A DNA stretch of 61,401 nt from contig NW_003526945.1 of the NCBI RefSeq assembly GCF_000181795.1, positions 6,140,573 through 6,201,973 on the forward strand. The letters run 5' to 3'. The position numbers and the translations under genes were made by a program. The stretch is from Trichinella spiralis (taxonomy: Eukaryota). Positions 39,513 to 52,244 of the stretch are shown here, piece by piece. Every line of letters starts with the position of its first letter. Position 1 is the stretch's first letter. The notes beneath the pieces are model-generated. The model worked only from the letters and a program-made list of their open reading frames with translations. It was not told where the DNA came from and did not search any database.

Positions 39513-42109
39513 GGTATTGTGTAGTATCACATTGAAAAGAATGAATAAAAATATTTTATGTCACTTATTATTTTGCACACTTATCCTAAATTGAATACGT
39601 GGTAGGAATTGTTTAAATGAACATTGCAAGAATGAAATCTTCTTAAGTAATCATTAAATTTGGTATACAATTGCTTTATTTGTTTTTATGAAAACAAAAC
39701 AAATAAAGGTAAGCGTATTGACTGCTGCTTAAAAGCTGCAATACGTCAGGAAATTCTTCTAAAGAATGCAGAAAAACAAAAAAAAATAAATAAAAAGTAT
39801 ATATTTGCTTAGTTTATTTCCCATTCATGATTTTACAATGGTGCATAGCATACGTAAAATTTTTTTCAGCTATCATTAATACTGATAGGTTATAATATCA
39901 TGTATAGAGCTAAAAGTCTACCGTAGAATGAATGTTTATTATAATGAAAATACTTTTATATAAAAGTGCTAGCTAGCAACTTCTAAAACAAATGATGTTA
40001 AACTTTTTTAGTGTAGCAATTGCTCTAGATTTTTCAAATTTGAAACAGGCGATATTGCTGAAAATGCAGCGTTGTTGTTTGATCAGCTAATCTAGTAAAT
40101 GTATGTGCCATTCTGACAAATAAATCATGTCATTTTAATTATTCAATTTAACAAACAAAAATTTACGTGGGTTTAAATTTAAGCATAAAAAACAACACTG
40201 AACAACGGAGTTTTGTTTAACATTTATTTGGAAATATGCATTTAATTGTTTTATCATTGTAATTCATTTAAAATTTGCAAAATTGCTATTCTTAATAAAT
40301 GTACTGTTTGTAAAAAATTATCTATATCTATATATATATACGTTTATTTTAATGTAAAATACATACTTGATAAAATAAATTTATTAATTTGTATTTTTAC
40401 AAAAGTATGCACATCGCAAAATAATTCATTTCCTGATAAGAAAATTTCAAAATAAATAAATATATACATATATATATTAATTTTTATCATTTGAAATCAA
40501 AAATGGTTTTAATTAATATATCATGAAGGGCGATAATTTCAAATCTTTACTAAATTTAACTTTATTTTTTGACAGTTGTTCAGCAAGATAAATAAATTTT
40601 AGTGGTAATTCATCATAAAATATTTAAATGTATGCCATTCAAATTAAAATTTTAATGTCATTATGATATTTTCTCCATACAATCGATAAAGCCCTTCCAT
40701 CAATCTAATTACGGCTCAATTAATAATAATGCGCACTTGCATAGCTTTAGCAGTTTGTTTCTTACGCAAATGTAAAAGTATGAAGCTTCTATTTCACAAT
40801 GTACAGCCCGCAATAAAAATTAAAGCTTATTAATAAAAACGTTTAACACGTTAACAGTTGCTTCAATGGAATTAATTCCATATTTTTTATATTTTGCATA
40901 ATTTTGCTGTGCACGCTAAAGGTAAGGTGAAAATAAAGAAGTCACCGAGAAGGAAAAAGGAAATATTTTCAAGTTTGAATAGCCCACTTTTTGCATTACT
41001 CAAAAAGAAAAAACGATGATGAAGTTAAATTTATGATTCCCAATTTCATAAAGGAAGACATTTAAATTTCTTTATAGCCAATTTTTCAACTTTTAATTGC
41101 GTACTTTTTGAAAAAGCGACAATTTAGCCTGATTTATCTGTTTCAGTTTTAAAATTATTGAAAGGAATTTAAAAAATGAAGTTAAAAAAGAGTTTTTTCT
41201 TTTTTTATTTGTCATAAACATTCATAACTTTTGAAATTTATTATATTTGTATTAATTTTATATTTAATTTTCCACAAAATTACATAATATTTCTGATTGA
41301 AGATGAACAAATTTTCCATTTTATAATTTCTCACGGTTGAATGTTCAATGCAATATATGAAAGTAACCATAGAATTGTATGAAATATTTTCATTGGATGT
41401 TGATGCAGAATTATGCTAGAAAATATGCACAAGTATTTCAAAATATATTTTAAAAAAATTGTTCAATATTCACTTATAATATCTTTTAATAGGTTTTCAA
41501 TTGCTTTGCCATAACTAATTGGATGTAAACATGCACTGAATGCCTTAAATTTAATTGGGTTAAACTCATTGATTCAAATCCTTCATAAACGAATCGAAGC
41601 GTGAACAACTTTTTAAAAATACTTTAATTAATGTTATCATTTTTCTAATCTCAATAACCTTGCGTAATTGAATACGCCAATGCGCAACATTGGCATGTTC
41701 GTGTTATCAAGTAATTCATATGTATGAAATTTAATATTCCAAGCTTGAATACGTCATTAGCTTCACATTTAGCAAAAATTATCATATGACACTAATTTAT
41801 TTGAACTTGAATTTCCATAAAAATTGATATTATGCAAAAGTTAAAAAAGAAAATAGCTACATTTTATGCAAAAGAACCAATCCGGCCGGCTTTTGCGCGT
41901 CGAATTGTCAGATGAAGCATTTCAAGAAGCACTGAAACCTGAAGCGTTTGGCCCGTTTGTCTGGTTTTGCCCTGATGGACAACCAAAGCTGCTAAAAGAT
42001 CCAGTTTTGTATGGCCTATTTTTTATATATTCACTTGACAGTTTGGAGCATTTTTACAAAATAGAAACATCAAAAGAGAATCGGCACGTCCAAAGCAGCT
42101 TTGACGCTT

Positions 42110-45100
42110 ATGCGTTTAATGATGATGATTATGATTATGATTATGCGCATTTTTTTCTTCGCTCTTCTCTTCTCTTATTCCCATTCAGCTATAAATCAAT
42201 CCGACAAATTCAAAGTATTCAGAATTACTCCCAATTCAACAGTTCAATTGCATTTTCTCAAGCATTTATGGAAAAATGCATATCGTTACAAAGTAAGTCC
42301 AATTTCTCATGTGCATCATCATTTCTCACTCGACATCCAGGCATTCAAATTTTAACAAATATCCTTATATCTGAGAATTATAACGAAAACTCTCTCCCTC
42401 TCTGGTCATATTTCAACAGATTACAAAATGAGGAAAAAAAGCATTAAAATCAATATCTATCTTAAGGTAGATGCAGAAATATTGGAGAAATTCAGAAAAG
42501 AGCCAATATACATCACTTTTGTGTTAAATCTACAAAACAAACTACTATTACTAACAGCAATTGATGAATATTTTAAAATTAGATATTCAAATTTCAGTAT
42601 TTTACTTTAAAACTATCTTTGCTAAAATACAACAAAAAGGCACAAAAGTAACATGTTACTTATCTTAATAGAATAATATTGCATAATTATTTGAAATTAT
42701 TTATAACAACGAATATGAATTCATTTGCATATATTATTTAAACTTCAGTTTAAAACTCAAATAAACAAAACAGCAGAAAAAAATTTCGATGATAGTTAAT
42801 TTAATCATATCACTCGTGACGATTAAATAATACTGCTGTTGCTGATTAACTTTTGCGCAATTGCTTCCTCAATGTAGGCTGATTGCTATTATTGGGCTAC
42901 AAGTTTTTAATAAACAACAAACTGTTCATTATATTAATTCATTCATCTGTAACATTTTAACAACATAATTATAATTCTGAAAAAATTATGATCACTTAAA
43001 AAAAACAATTAGTTCAAAAATAGTTAATGCTAATGGTTTTGCACGCGTACAATTATGCAAACAATTATAATCCGTTGAATATTATTTGCTTTGCAAAAGT
43101 AAATAAAAATAAGTTTTGCTCATATTATTCGAAATTGTAAATTTATTAGCAATGTCGTTCGTGATTTTGCTTGAAATTAAAAGAATTCCATGACATGAAT
43201 AAAGGTGTTTTGATAAATGTCTTTCATTGTTTAGCTTTTTGAAATTCCCTGATTCAACTATAATTTGATTTAATGGATTTCATTGATATACGGATCACTT
43301 GATGGAAAAGAGAAGTTGCTTTACTTCTATTATTTTGTGTTCTACTGTTTAATAATTTAAAAAAATAGAATAATTATTGGAATTAAAAAGTAAACTTGTA
43401 TGTGCTTTTGTCAAGTTGTACAGAATAGCATCTTTCAACACTATGTATGTTATGTAAAGAGCACATTATTTGCATTTTATTCATTGTTTCAAAATTATTT
43501 TTGCATGAATATGATATTTTAAAGATGATCATTAATGTATAAGCGTATAAATGTGCTTAATTCTGCAATAAACTTGATCCAATAAAAATATGGTCGAATG
43601 ATAAAAGTGCTAATGTCTGTTGGCATTATGTTAAATGTCAAGATGTTATTATAATATAAAGTGTAGAAATTTTTTGGTGAATTAAAGTAAGAATTTGCGT
43701 AATGGAAAAAAGTTTTTTTTAATTAATAAAAAAGACAATTTATTTTGTGTGCTATTCAATGAATTTTTCTTTAGGCAGATTTTTGGTCAGTTCCTAGAAA
43801 AGTTGACGATGCGGTTGACGTCATGGTGCACCCGGATAACAGGAGACGCTTTGAGAATCTTTTGAACCAGAAAACGATGAATTATTTCGTCAGTGTCGAT
43901 GACGTCCAAAAGTAAGCGCATTTTGCATTGTTGTCCAGGACAAAGCACATTCCATGCTTTTTAATTTCGACATTAAAACAGAAAAGGTCATATACTTTGT
44001 AGGTTGCCAAAATGTTATTCACTTAAACTTAAGCAAAAATGACAGTAATATGAATTGCGCGAGTAATAAGATGTAGCAGTGACAATCGTTTTCGTGTTTT
44101 TTTCTTGCTTAGGTGAACTAAGAAGAATACAAACCCGCAGTTAAACTTATTAATATATGTTACAGTAGGTCAAGTTCAAGACCTTATTACTAATAATTTA
44201 TGAACAGTGTCAGTAATGCTTACCACCTGTGACATCAAATATCATTTTCTCCAAAAAAAGCACTGTCTTAATTAATTATCGATTAAATTTATTTTCATTC
44301 TTATACTTTTTGAATTAAAAATAAAATGATGGCAAAAAAATTAAATTCATTAAAAATGTCATTTCATTTAATTGTATGTGTACTGTGTGAAAGAACTATT
44401 TGACATCAATTGCAGTTTCTTATTATTTACTAAAATCCAGTATGATAGGTAAATTTAATTAATTTAGACTGATAGAAAGACTAGAAGTGATGAAACCTAA
44501 AGAAGCAAGCCGTTTCTGGAAGCATGATCACCGATCTAACAGTGGTCCTTATTTTAACTTTCATCAGTTTCATAACATTAGCGAGGTAAAAATTTTATGT
44601 TTAATTTACTGCTTTTATTAATTGAAAGCAACACGTATGTAAATAACATGGAATATACAATAATTTGCTTTGATCACTGTTTAAAGTCAAGGAGGTATTT
44701 TTTTTAATTTCAGATTAATGGTTATTTGTACAGTGTCCAGCAACGATATCCAGATATTACAAAATTGCACGTCATTGGCTATACACATGAAAATCGACCA
44801 ATTTTAACAATTCAAGTAAATTTGAAGAATAACTGTTTTTCTTGTACCATACTAAAAATATCAATTTAGATTGGATACCCTTTAAATTACAATAAAAATA
44901 AAGCAATATGGGTAGACGCTGGAATGCACGCTCGTGAATGGGCCTCTCAAACATCGGCTGTATATCTAATATTTAAGGTTTTTGTTTTAAGATATTTAAA
45001 AAATTATGCTTTGTCTGTCACGCAATGATCTAGACAGTTGGTAACAGAGTTTAGCCATCGTTTGTCTATGAGAAAGTACATATACAATTTGACTTGGTAC

Positions 45101-46241
45101 ATCACACCTGTTGCAAATCCAGACGGTTATGAGTACACGAGAAGCAGCACCGCACCTGATGTATTTTTGAAACAAAATGCAAATTAAAATTTGTACTAAA
45201 AAATTCATTTCGCAGGTACGACTTTGGCGTAAAAACAGATCACCGGTTCAATGTTACGGGACGACAAAATTTTGCTGTCAAGGGGCAAGAATAATTTTCT
45301 TAATTATCAATAATGCCATATCATCAATTGAATATTGCTTTAGGTAGATTTGAATCGAAATTTTGACTTCTATTGGGGAGGTAATATTGATGCAAAATTT
45401 GCATTATCCTGTGTTTTTAATGTTTTTTTTTATAGGAGCGGGTTCAAGTAATTTTCCCTGTGAAGACACATACGGTGGTAAAGAATCATTTAGTGAGCCT
45501 GAGTCGAGAGCAATTCGTGATTTTGTCTGGCAACGTAGAAAAGAAATTAGAGCTTTTATTACTATTCACACCTATTCACAGCTCTGGATTCATCCGTACA
45601 GCCATAAGCGAAAATCATACCCCAGTGATCTAGCTGATTTAGTAAGTCGACAATTCATAATAAGGAGAATTTTTAAAGCAAGCTTTGAAATATTAATCAG
45701 ATAAGAAATATGCAGAAAATATGCAAATTTCATATAATTGGTAAATAACGTCAATCGTGCACGTTTTCATTTTCAGCGAGAGACGGCTATCAAAGCAACT
45801 GAAGCATTAAAGCGTTTATACGGGACAGTGTTCAAAGTTGGAAGCGGCGCAGATCTTTTGTGTATGTTCTATTTTTTACTTTTATTTTCATTATCAATAA
45901 TAATAATATGAATTTAAAATGTCAATTTCTCTAATGATACGTGATAAACGGGGATAATATTAAGAATGAATTTAGTAACATTTATGACAAGTATCTTTTA
46001 AAAGTGTGAGAAAAATCAAATCAATAATTGTTGTGTAGATCCATCTGCTGGCGGTTCAGATGATTGGGCCAAATATGCTGCAAAAATAAAATATGTATAT
46101 TTGCTGGAGCTGAGGCCAGATGAAGATAGGCGATATGGATTCATTGTTGATCCAGATCAGGTGTTGCCAATTGCAAGAGAAACATGGGAAGGTATAAAAG
46201 TGGTTGCCGATAAAGTGATTGAAGATCAAGCCAGAGAATAG
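42110..46241 (+). CDS. Secreted zinc carboxypeptidase A/B type (peptidase M14A) with propeptide; the start may be 42143
   Basis: Signal peptide, propeptide (KVFRITP, DFW, VDVMVHP), DAGMHAREW (HxxE), NPDGYEY, LWRKNR, GVDLNRNF, FSEPESRAI, IHTYSQ, GGSDDW, ELR. Confidence 0.93.
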
Positions 46242-48132
46242 TTTATTTTTTAAACGTACTTTTTATGTGCTTTCCCCAAAATTGTTTATAGTTGGCCATT
46301 AGCATGAAGCTTCTTATTGTGAGAACATCTTTGAAAATTGATCCATTACTAAGTGTTCAGTAAATTATTGTTAATTTGTTTTGTCTGAAATTTATACGAT
46401 CATGAAAGCTTTATTTATTATTAAACAAAAGACAGACAACTTTGAAGCGTGTTGTCAGCGGAACAAGTTTATTTCAAAAATAAAAATTGACACTTCTTAT
46501 AAAACTCATAATACCATAAAGAAATAATTTAATAAAGCATTTTCTAACTACAGTATATTTGTATGTCCTGCCATTAGATACCGTTCATAATATTGTACTT
46601 AAAAATCAATAACAGATATTACAGTTGGTTGTACTATGGCTACTATTCTACATGTGAAATTTTAATAGAAAACGAAAGTTGTGTTGTTGTGCGTCGTACA
46701 TACAGCACAGCAGTATCGGTTCGCTGCATCTTTCGATTTTAAAACTTAAATGCAAATGTATTCCTTTATCATACTCCTGAAAGCAATTTAAGGTACTCAT
46801 AATATAAGTGGTAACGTTCTGAATAACATTTGAAAAAGTAATGAAAAGTTGCATTATTTTTTAATCTACTAAAATGTTGATCAATTAGTGTTTACTTATT
46901 GAATTAGATTAATTGCAAATCAGTCTAGAGAATGGAAAAAATATTTTTCAATAAAGTCAAATTTTAAGTGAATATTTTCAAATGTACTAACAGGAAGAGC
47001 AGTTTGATGATTGCTTTTTTTAAATGAAAAATGGCAATTTGTTGTGCAAAATATTTCAAACTGATTGATAAATAATTAATTTTGTTTTTTTTTGAAAAAA
47101 CATGCTTTAAAAATAAAGAACGCGGAAGAGGAAAATTTTTCGTGTGAATTTTTTGTTCAAAAGGTTTTAAAAACCATTTGAAATATGACTATATAAACGG
47201 AAAATGCTATTTGAATAAATTTTACGTTGTTTTCAATAATTTCCTGGTTTCAGAAAAAGTTTCGAATACGTATTTTTGAGTAATTTATTGTAAAGTTTTC
47301 AGGAATTTTTTTTAAAGACAAAATACGTAATACAGTATGCTTTACAGCTTTTTGTTCATATTCTTCTGCTGTTCCACATCGAAAGTAGTCGATCATTTGT
47401 TAACATATATTTGAAAATTCTTACTTTTGATTATTTTATCAAATTAATATTCTTTTAAAAAGTTCACAATTCATAAAGTGCATGTATTAATAGCAAAAAA
47501 TATAAATGCATATGTGTATATTATATCATGAGCATGTAATGTTCAACTGGACGATGGAAAAACGACAGTTTTACCCAAGATAAAGCTATGTTAGTTTTAT
47601 GAAATTTGTAAAATTATTTTTCATAAAATAATATAAAAAGTTCAAGGAAAGTTAGTTATTTTTCAAAAGCTTCAACGAAAAAGCTATTTTGAAATGGAAT
47701 ATTTTGTTCTGGCAAAAGTCATGTGTTAGCGAGATCTTTTTCTTCAGTTTGCTTAATTTCCTGATAATATGTAAAATAAATGATTAAAGGATGTGCAATG
47801 GGAGTTATTAATTGCCATGAGGCGTTTACGCAACTTGAATGGGAAGAACAAACAACAACAGTCGAAGCAGTCAAGAAAACAAAGATATTTTATCAATAGA
47901 AGAAGAGTAATCATTTTTGAAGGCACCGAATTTGTAAATGAATTTCAATATGGAAAAGTATAATGATGATGCGAATCATTAATCAGGTAAAAAGTTTGAC
48001 ATCTGTCGATTAATTCTTTTTATTGAAACAAAATAAAATAGTAACAGCTGTCGAGTTTTCAGCTTATATAAGCGGATTGTTTGGTCAAAGCAGTCAGAAT
48101 TTTTCTTCTCTTCCAAGTGAACTTGAAATATC

Positions 48133-48800
48133 ATGAAGTGGATTTTCGTTTTCATCACCGTTGCTCTAGGATTGGCCTATGCTTCGGATACATCGTCGTG
48201 CGATTTGATCAAAGAACAATGGGCAAAAATTGAAATCAACAACGAAAACGGCGGAGAGCTTTACAAATGGTAAAAATAACGCTAATTTTATTGCATTCAA
48301 TGCCGTTTAGATTTGTGTGATTCAGGTTTTTCACTGAAAAGCCTGAATTTGCCACATATTTTCAATTGGATAACGTCAATCCGGCTGAAATTGCCAAAAC
48401 AGAACGTTTCCAAGCATTGGGAAAAGCTTTCTTGGAGCGAGTGAAAAAATTAGTAAACGTTTGTGATGATGAAAAGAAATTGAAAAGCGAAGTTACCATT
48501 TTGAAAAATGAACACGATCCTCGCAACGTTGGTTTGGACCAGCTGAAAGTAATATAATTAATTCTCTATAATTCATTCTCATTTATCCAAACATATGATA
48601 ATTTTTCGTATGCATTTCAATTTATATATTGTATATTATTACAATAGGTGAATTTTCATTTGTAATAATTTGTTTCATTTCAGCAAGTTAGACCGATTTT
48701 GGTAAAATTTTTGCAAAGCAAGACCGGACTAACAGATCAACAAACATCTGCTTGGGATGAAATGCTGAAAAAATTCGAAGCTGCATACAAATCTCTTTAA
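48133..48800 (+). CDS. Globin with N-terminal signal peptide, 3 exons
   Basis: MKWIFVFITVALGLAYAS, then A-helix LIKEQW, B-helix GGELYKWFF, Pro C2 and Phe CD1 (KPEFATYF), proximal His (NEHDPRNV) and H-helix AWDEML. Introns fall at the ancestral globin positions B12.2 and G7.0. Confidence 0.88.
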
Positions 48801-49246
48801 ATGATAATATTTAGATGATTTGAATGATTTTCATTTGACAAATAGCGTTCAAAATATAACTTAGTACAACTGATTTTTCCTAATATAATTCTTCAATCGA
48901 ATAAATTGCATTCTTTCATTACTTGTCTGTCTTTTTGTTGTCTAACTATAGTAACTTTTAATAATTCGAAATATATATATATATATTGCTGATAATAATT
49001 ATAAAAACAACAACAATAATGCATAGCTGTGTGGGAATTGATATCATTCAATCATTCCTACATTCTTTTAGCTTATTCCACTAGCAAACAACGTTCAATG
49101 AAAATGGCCTTTTTCAAATAGCAATACAATTCATTCATTGTTTTCAAGAATATTTATTTCATAAATGACCAATAAATAATATACAAAATTAGAAAACAAA
49201 AATCACTTCTTATAGTACAAAAATGAAAAAATGACAAAAAACACAA

Positions 49247-51386
49247 TCAGCATTTCATTTGTTTCAATAACAATTCAGCTTCATCATGCGCACGCTGATC
49301 ATCCACAGTAACTACTGTAAACTGCACAGTTCGATTCAAATAGTGTTTCGCAAGTTCTACGTGATTCATTTTCAAATATGTCTTTCCAAGCATTAATAAA
49401 TTTTGACTGTAAAAATTTGGACTGATCAATTCAGCTCTCTGAAAGCAATCCAGCGCAGCTTGGAATGTAGCACTGGGTAGTTCGCGATACAATAATGAAC
49501 ACAATTTACGCTGATACCAAGGAAGATCCGAAAAACTATAAAACCACAATCCAAGAATATACCAGCTGGTCGCATCGAGTGGATTCAACTCCAGTGCACG
49601 ATCCAAATGGTTCTTCATCTCTTTGGCGTTTTCCACACGCACTTCAGTGCTCGCACCGCTGCCGTTATAATCTAACAATATTGCATACCTGAAATGCAAA
49701 TAAATCAATGATAATCAACAAGAATAAACAAAATCCTTTTTTTTCTTTTTGAAAATTAAGTTTAAATAAACATTTTTCGAATGCAATTGATCACAATTAC
49801 ATGCTTTCAATATAATTATTTAGAATAACTGTGAACCATAACACTGGAACACAAGCTTACAATGCATATCATTTACGGCAAATCTACGGGCTGCCCAAAT
49901 GAACAACAGTGGAACAATTTACCCCATATAAAACAAAAAGCTCTCTTTATTAATTAAATTTTCGTTTCACAACGCAATTGCCCCATTTCAAAAATCAAAT
50001 ACTAAAATTTCTTCATTTGAAGCAATAATGATATCGAATAAAATGCTGCATTTGAAACTGTGACAAAATTCCCATTTGTCATTGTTGTAATGAGAAAACT
50101 ATTTAAAACCTAGCAATCAGTCCTGATAAATGATAAATCAAAATCATTCCATTCACTTAACATCATTAAAAACAATATCATTATTCAACATGGAAGTTCA
50201 ATGTCTGAAAATCAATTCATACAAAGTGAATGAATAAGTTTTTAAGGAAGCAGAAATTTCACTGCGTTGTTTCTGCATCACTTCATAATTCCTTCCTATT
50301 CAGCTACAGAAATAAAAGATTTAAAAAAATACTTATAAACCACTTCTTTCGAACAAACATTTTCGAGGTTCAAAATTGAAACCTCCCGGATATAATTAAC
50401 CTTTCTTACCAGTTCATCCTCTCAGTCACCGGAATCCTAGAAATAATACAACGCGAATAAAAAAGTTTAACGCACAACAAACAATGTCTGTTTTTCAACA
50501 TAAAAATTCTCAATTTCAATTTTTTCCCTTACTGTCAGAAAAAAAAGAAGCTACATAACAACAAGTCGATAAATCTGAACAATCTGTAGCCTATGAATGC
50601 AGCAACAGTTACTTAGATTGGAATTAAATATGAAACAAGCTGAAATTTATTTACTGTTACCAAACAATTTTAATCGTTATTCTGCTTTGAATTACTGCAC
50701 CTATTTTGGAACATTTTAAATGCATCTTACAACTTACATAAAAGAAAGATAACAGAAAAAAAATAAATATAACATTTGAAGCATAAATAAAAAATAAAAT
50801 CTTAAGTCACAAAAGCAAAACTAACAGGATGTATTAAAATAACACGAGCAATATTACGTTATAGAAAAAACAGCTTTACCATTTGTGAACAGCAGAAATT
50901 TCTGAATCAGTTTTCAGAGCTTCGTTGATGTATTCCATTGCTTCAGCAAAAAATATAACACGCTCTTCATAATTATGGCAGAGCTTTCCTTTTTCGCAAG
51001 TTACACGAGCTAGTCGCCACATCAGTTCTGCGTGTCGTTTGCGTTCAGTTGCCTTTCTCAAATATTCATAAAGTTCGTCAATCATGTACGAATCATACAT
51101 TCGATCCGCTCGCTTTATCGAAGCATTAAGCCATTCTTCTTCTTCGTCTGTTTCGCCAGCAGGCTTAAAAAAACTCATTGCCAACAATGCCACAGGAAGT
51201 TTCACTTTGAAAGCAAACTGTGAAGTATAAAATCTGGAGAACTGTTCACTCCGAATTAGCACATCTGCCTAAATGTATATCATTCCGTAAACCTATATGA
51301 TACACTAACGTGCGTACTCTATTTGCAAAAACATTTTTCCACGATGTACATGCTTTAAATAATGACAGCCAAAGTTTTGAAATCAT
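49247..51386 (-). CDS. RMDN1: Regulator of microtubule dynamics protein 1 (RMD-1/FAM82), 3 exons
   Basis: ELMWRLAR, VHKW|YAILL, HLDRALELNPLD, LGLWFYSFSDLPWYQRK, ALDCFQRAELISPNFYSQNLLMLGKTY. Confidence 0.9.
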
Positions 51387-52244
51387 TTCTCAGCGTATTA
51401 ACGAAGCAGCCTATAAACGAATTGCAATACAATTACAGAGAAGAGAATATACAAAACGGGTTATAGTTTTCAATATGAAAATGTACTGATTTGAAGAACA
51501 AACATGAAAAAGTTCATGGAATGTAAAAATGTAAAAAAAAGGCAAAATTCATTATTCCAAATAAATTCTAGATATTGCCATGCTACAGTCTGCAATTTGT
51601 ATAAAAGTATTAATATGCTTTCTGCATAAAAGAGTCAATTATGTAATTTAAAAATGTATTATTTAAATTATAATGCGTAAAAATTCAGCAAAAGTACAAC
51701 TGAAAATATTTTGAATGCTGTATCACAGGAAACCTAAGTTATTTAAATACTGTAGATAGGCGAAATACATGCTAATTAAAACATTATAATTTTTATTTTG
51801 CTTTTGTATATTTTGATTTTATTTTTAATAAATTTTGTTTAAAATTGCAAAATTAGTTCATATAACATAAAATGCTTGACTTTTTATTATTTTATTTTAT
51901 GGACTTCATTATACTGTTATTTATGAATAAATAGGATTATACATTTTGATAAACAGAAAAAATAATTTATATTTTTTGAAACTTTATTTTATTTTGTAAA
52001 TTTAATTTTTTGAAACAAATTTATGAGTTAAATGTTGTTTTTAATTGATTTTACAAGACAATGAATTGTTGTCATTTCGTGTACTTGATCATCAATACTT
52101 TTGCCAGTTGCACTTTCTTTAGTACAACATTGACATATTTTTGCGAAGTTCAGATTTTTTCCTGCTTAAAAATTTACAGAGGTGTGTTAGATGTATTTTA
52201 TGGTTTATAATTTATAAAAGACTGTTTTTGAGGTTCAGCAAGCT

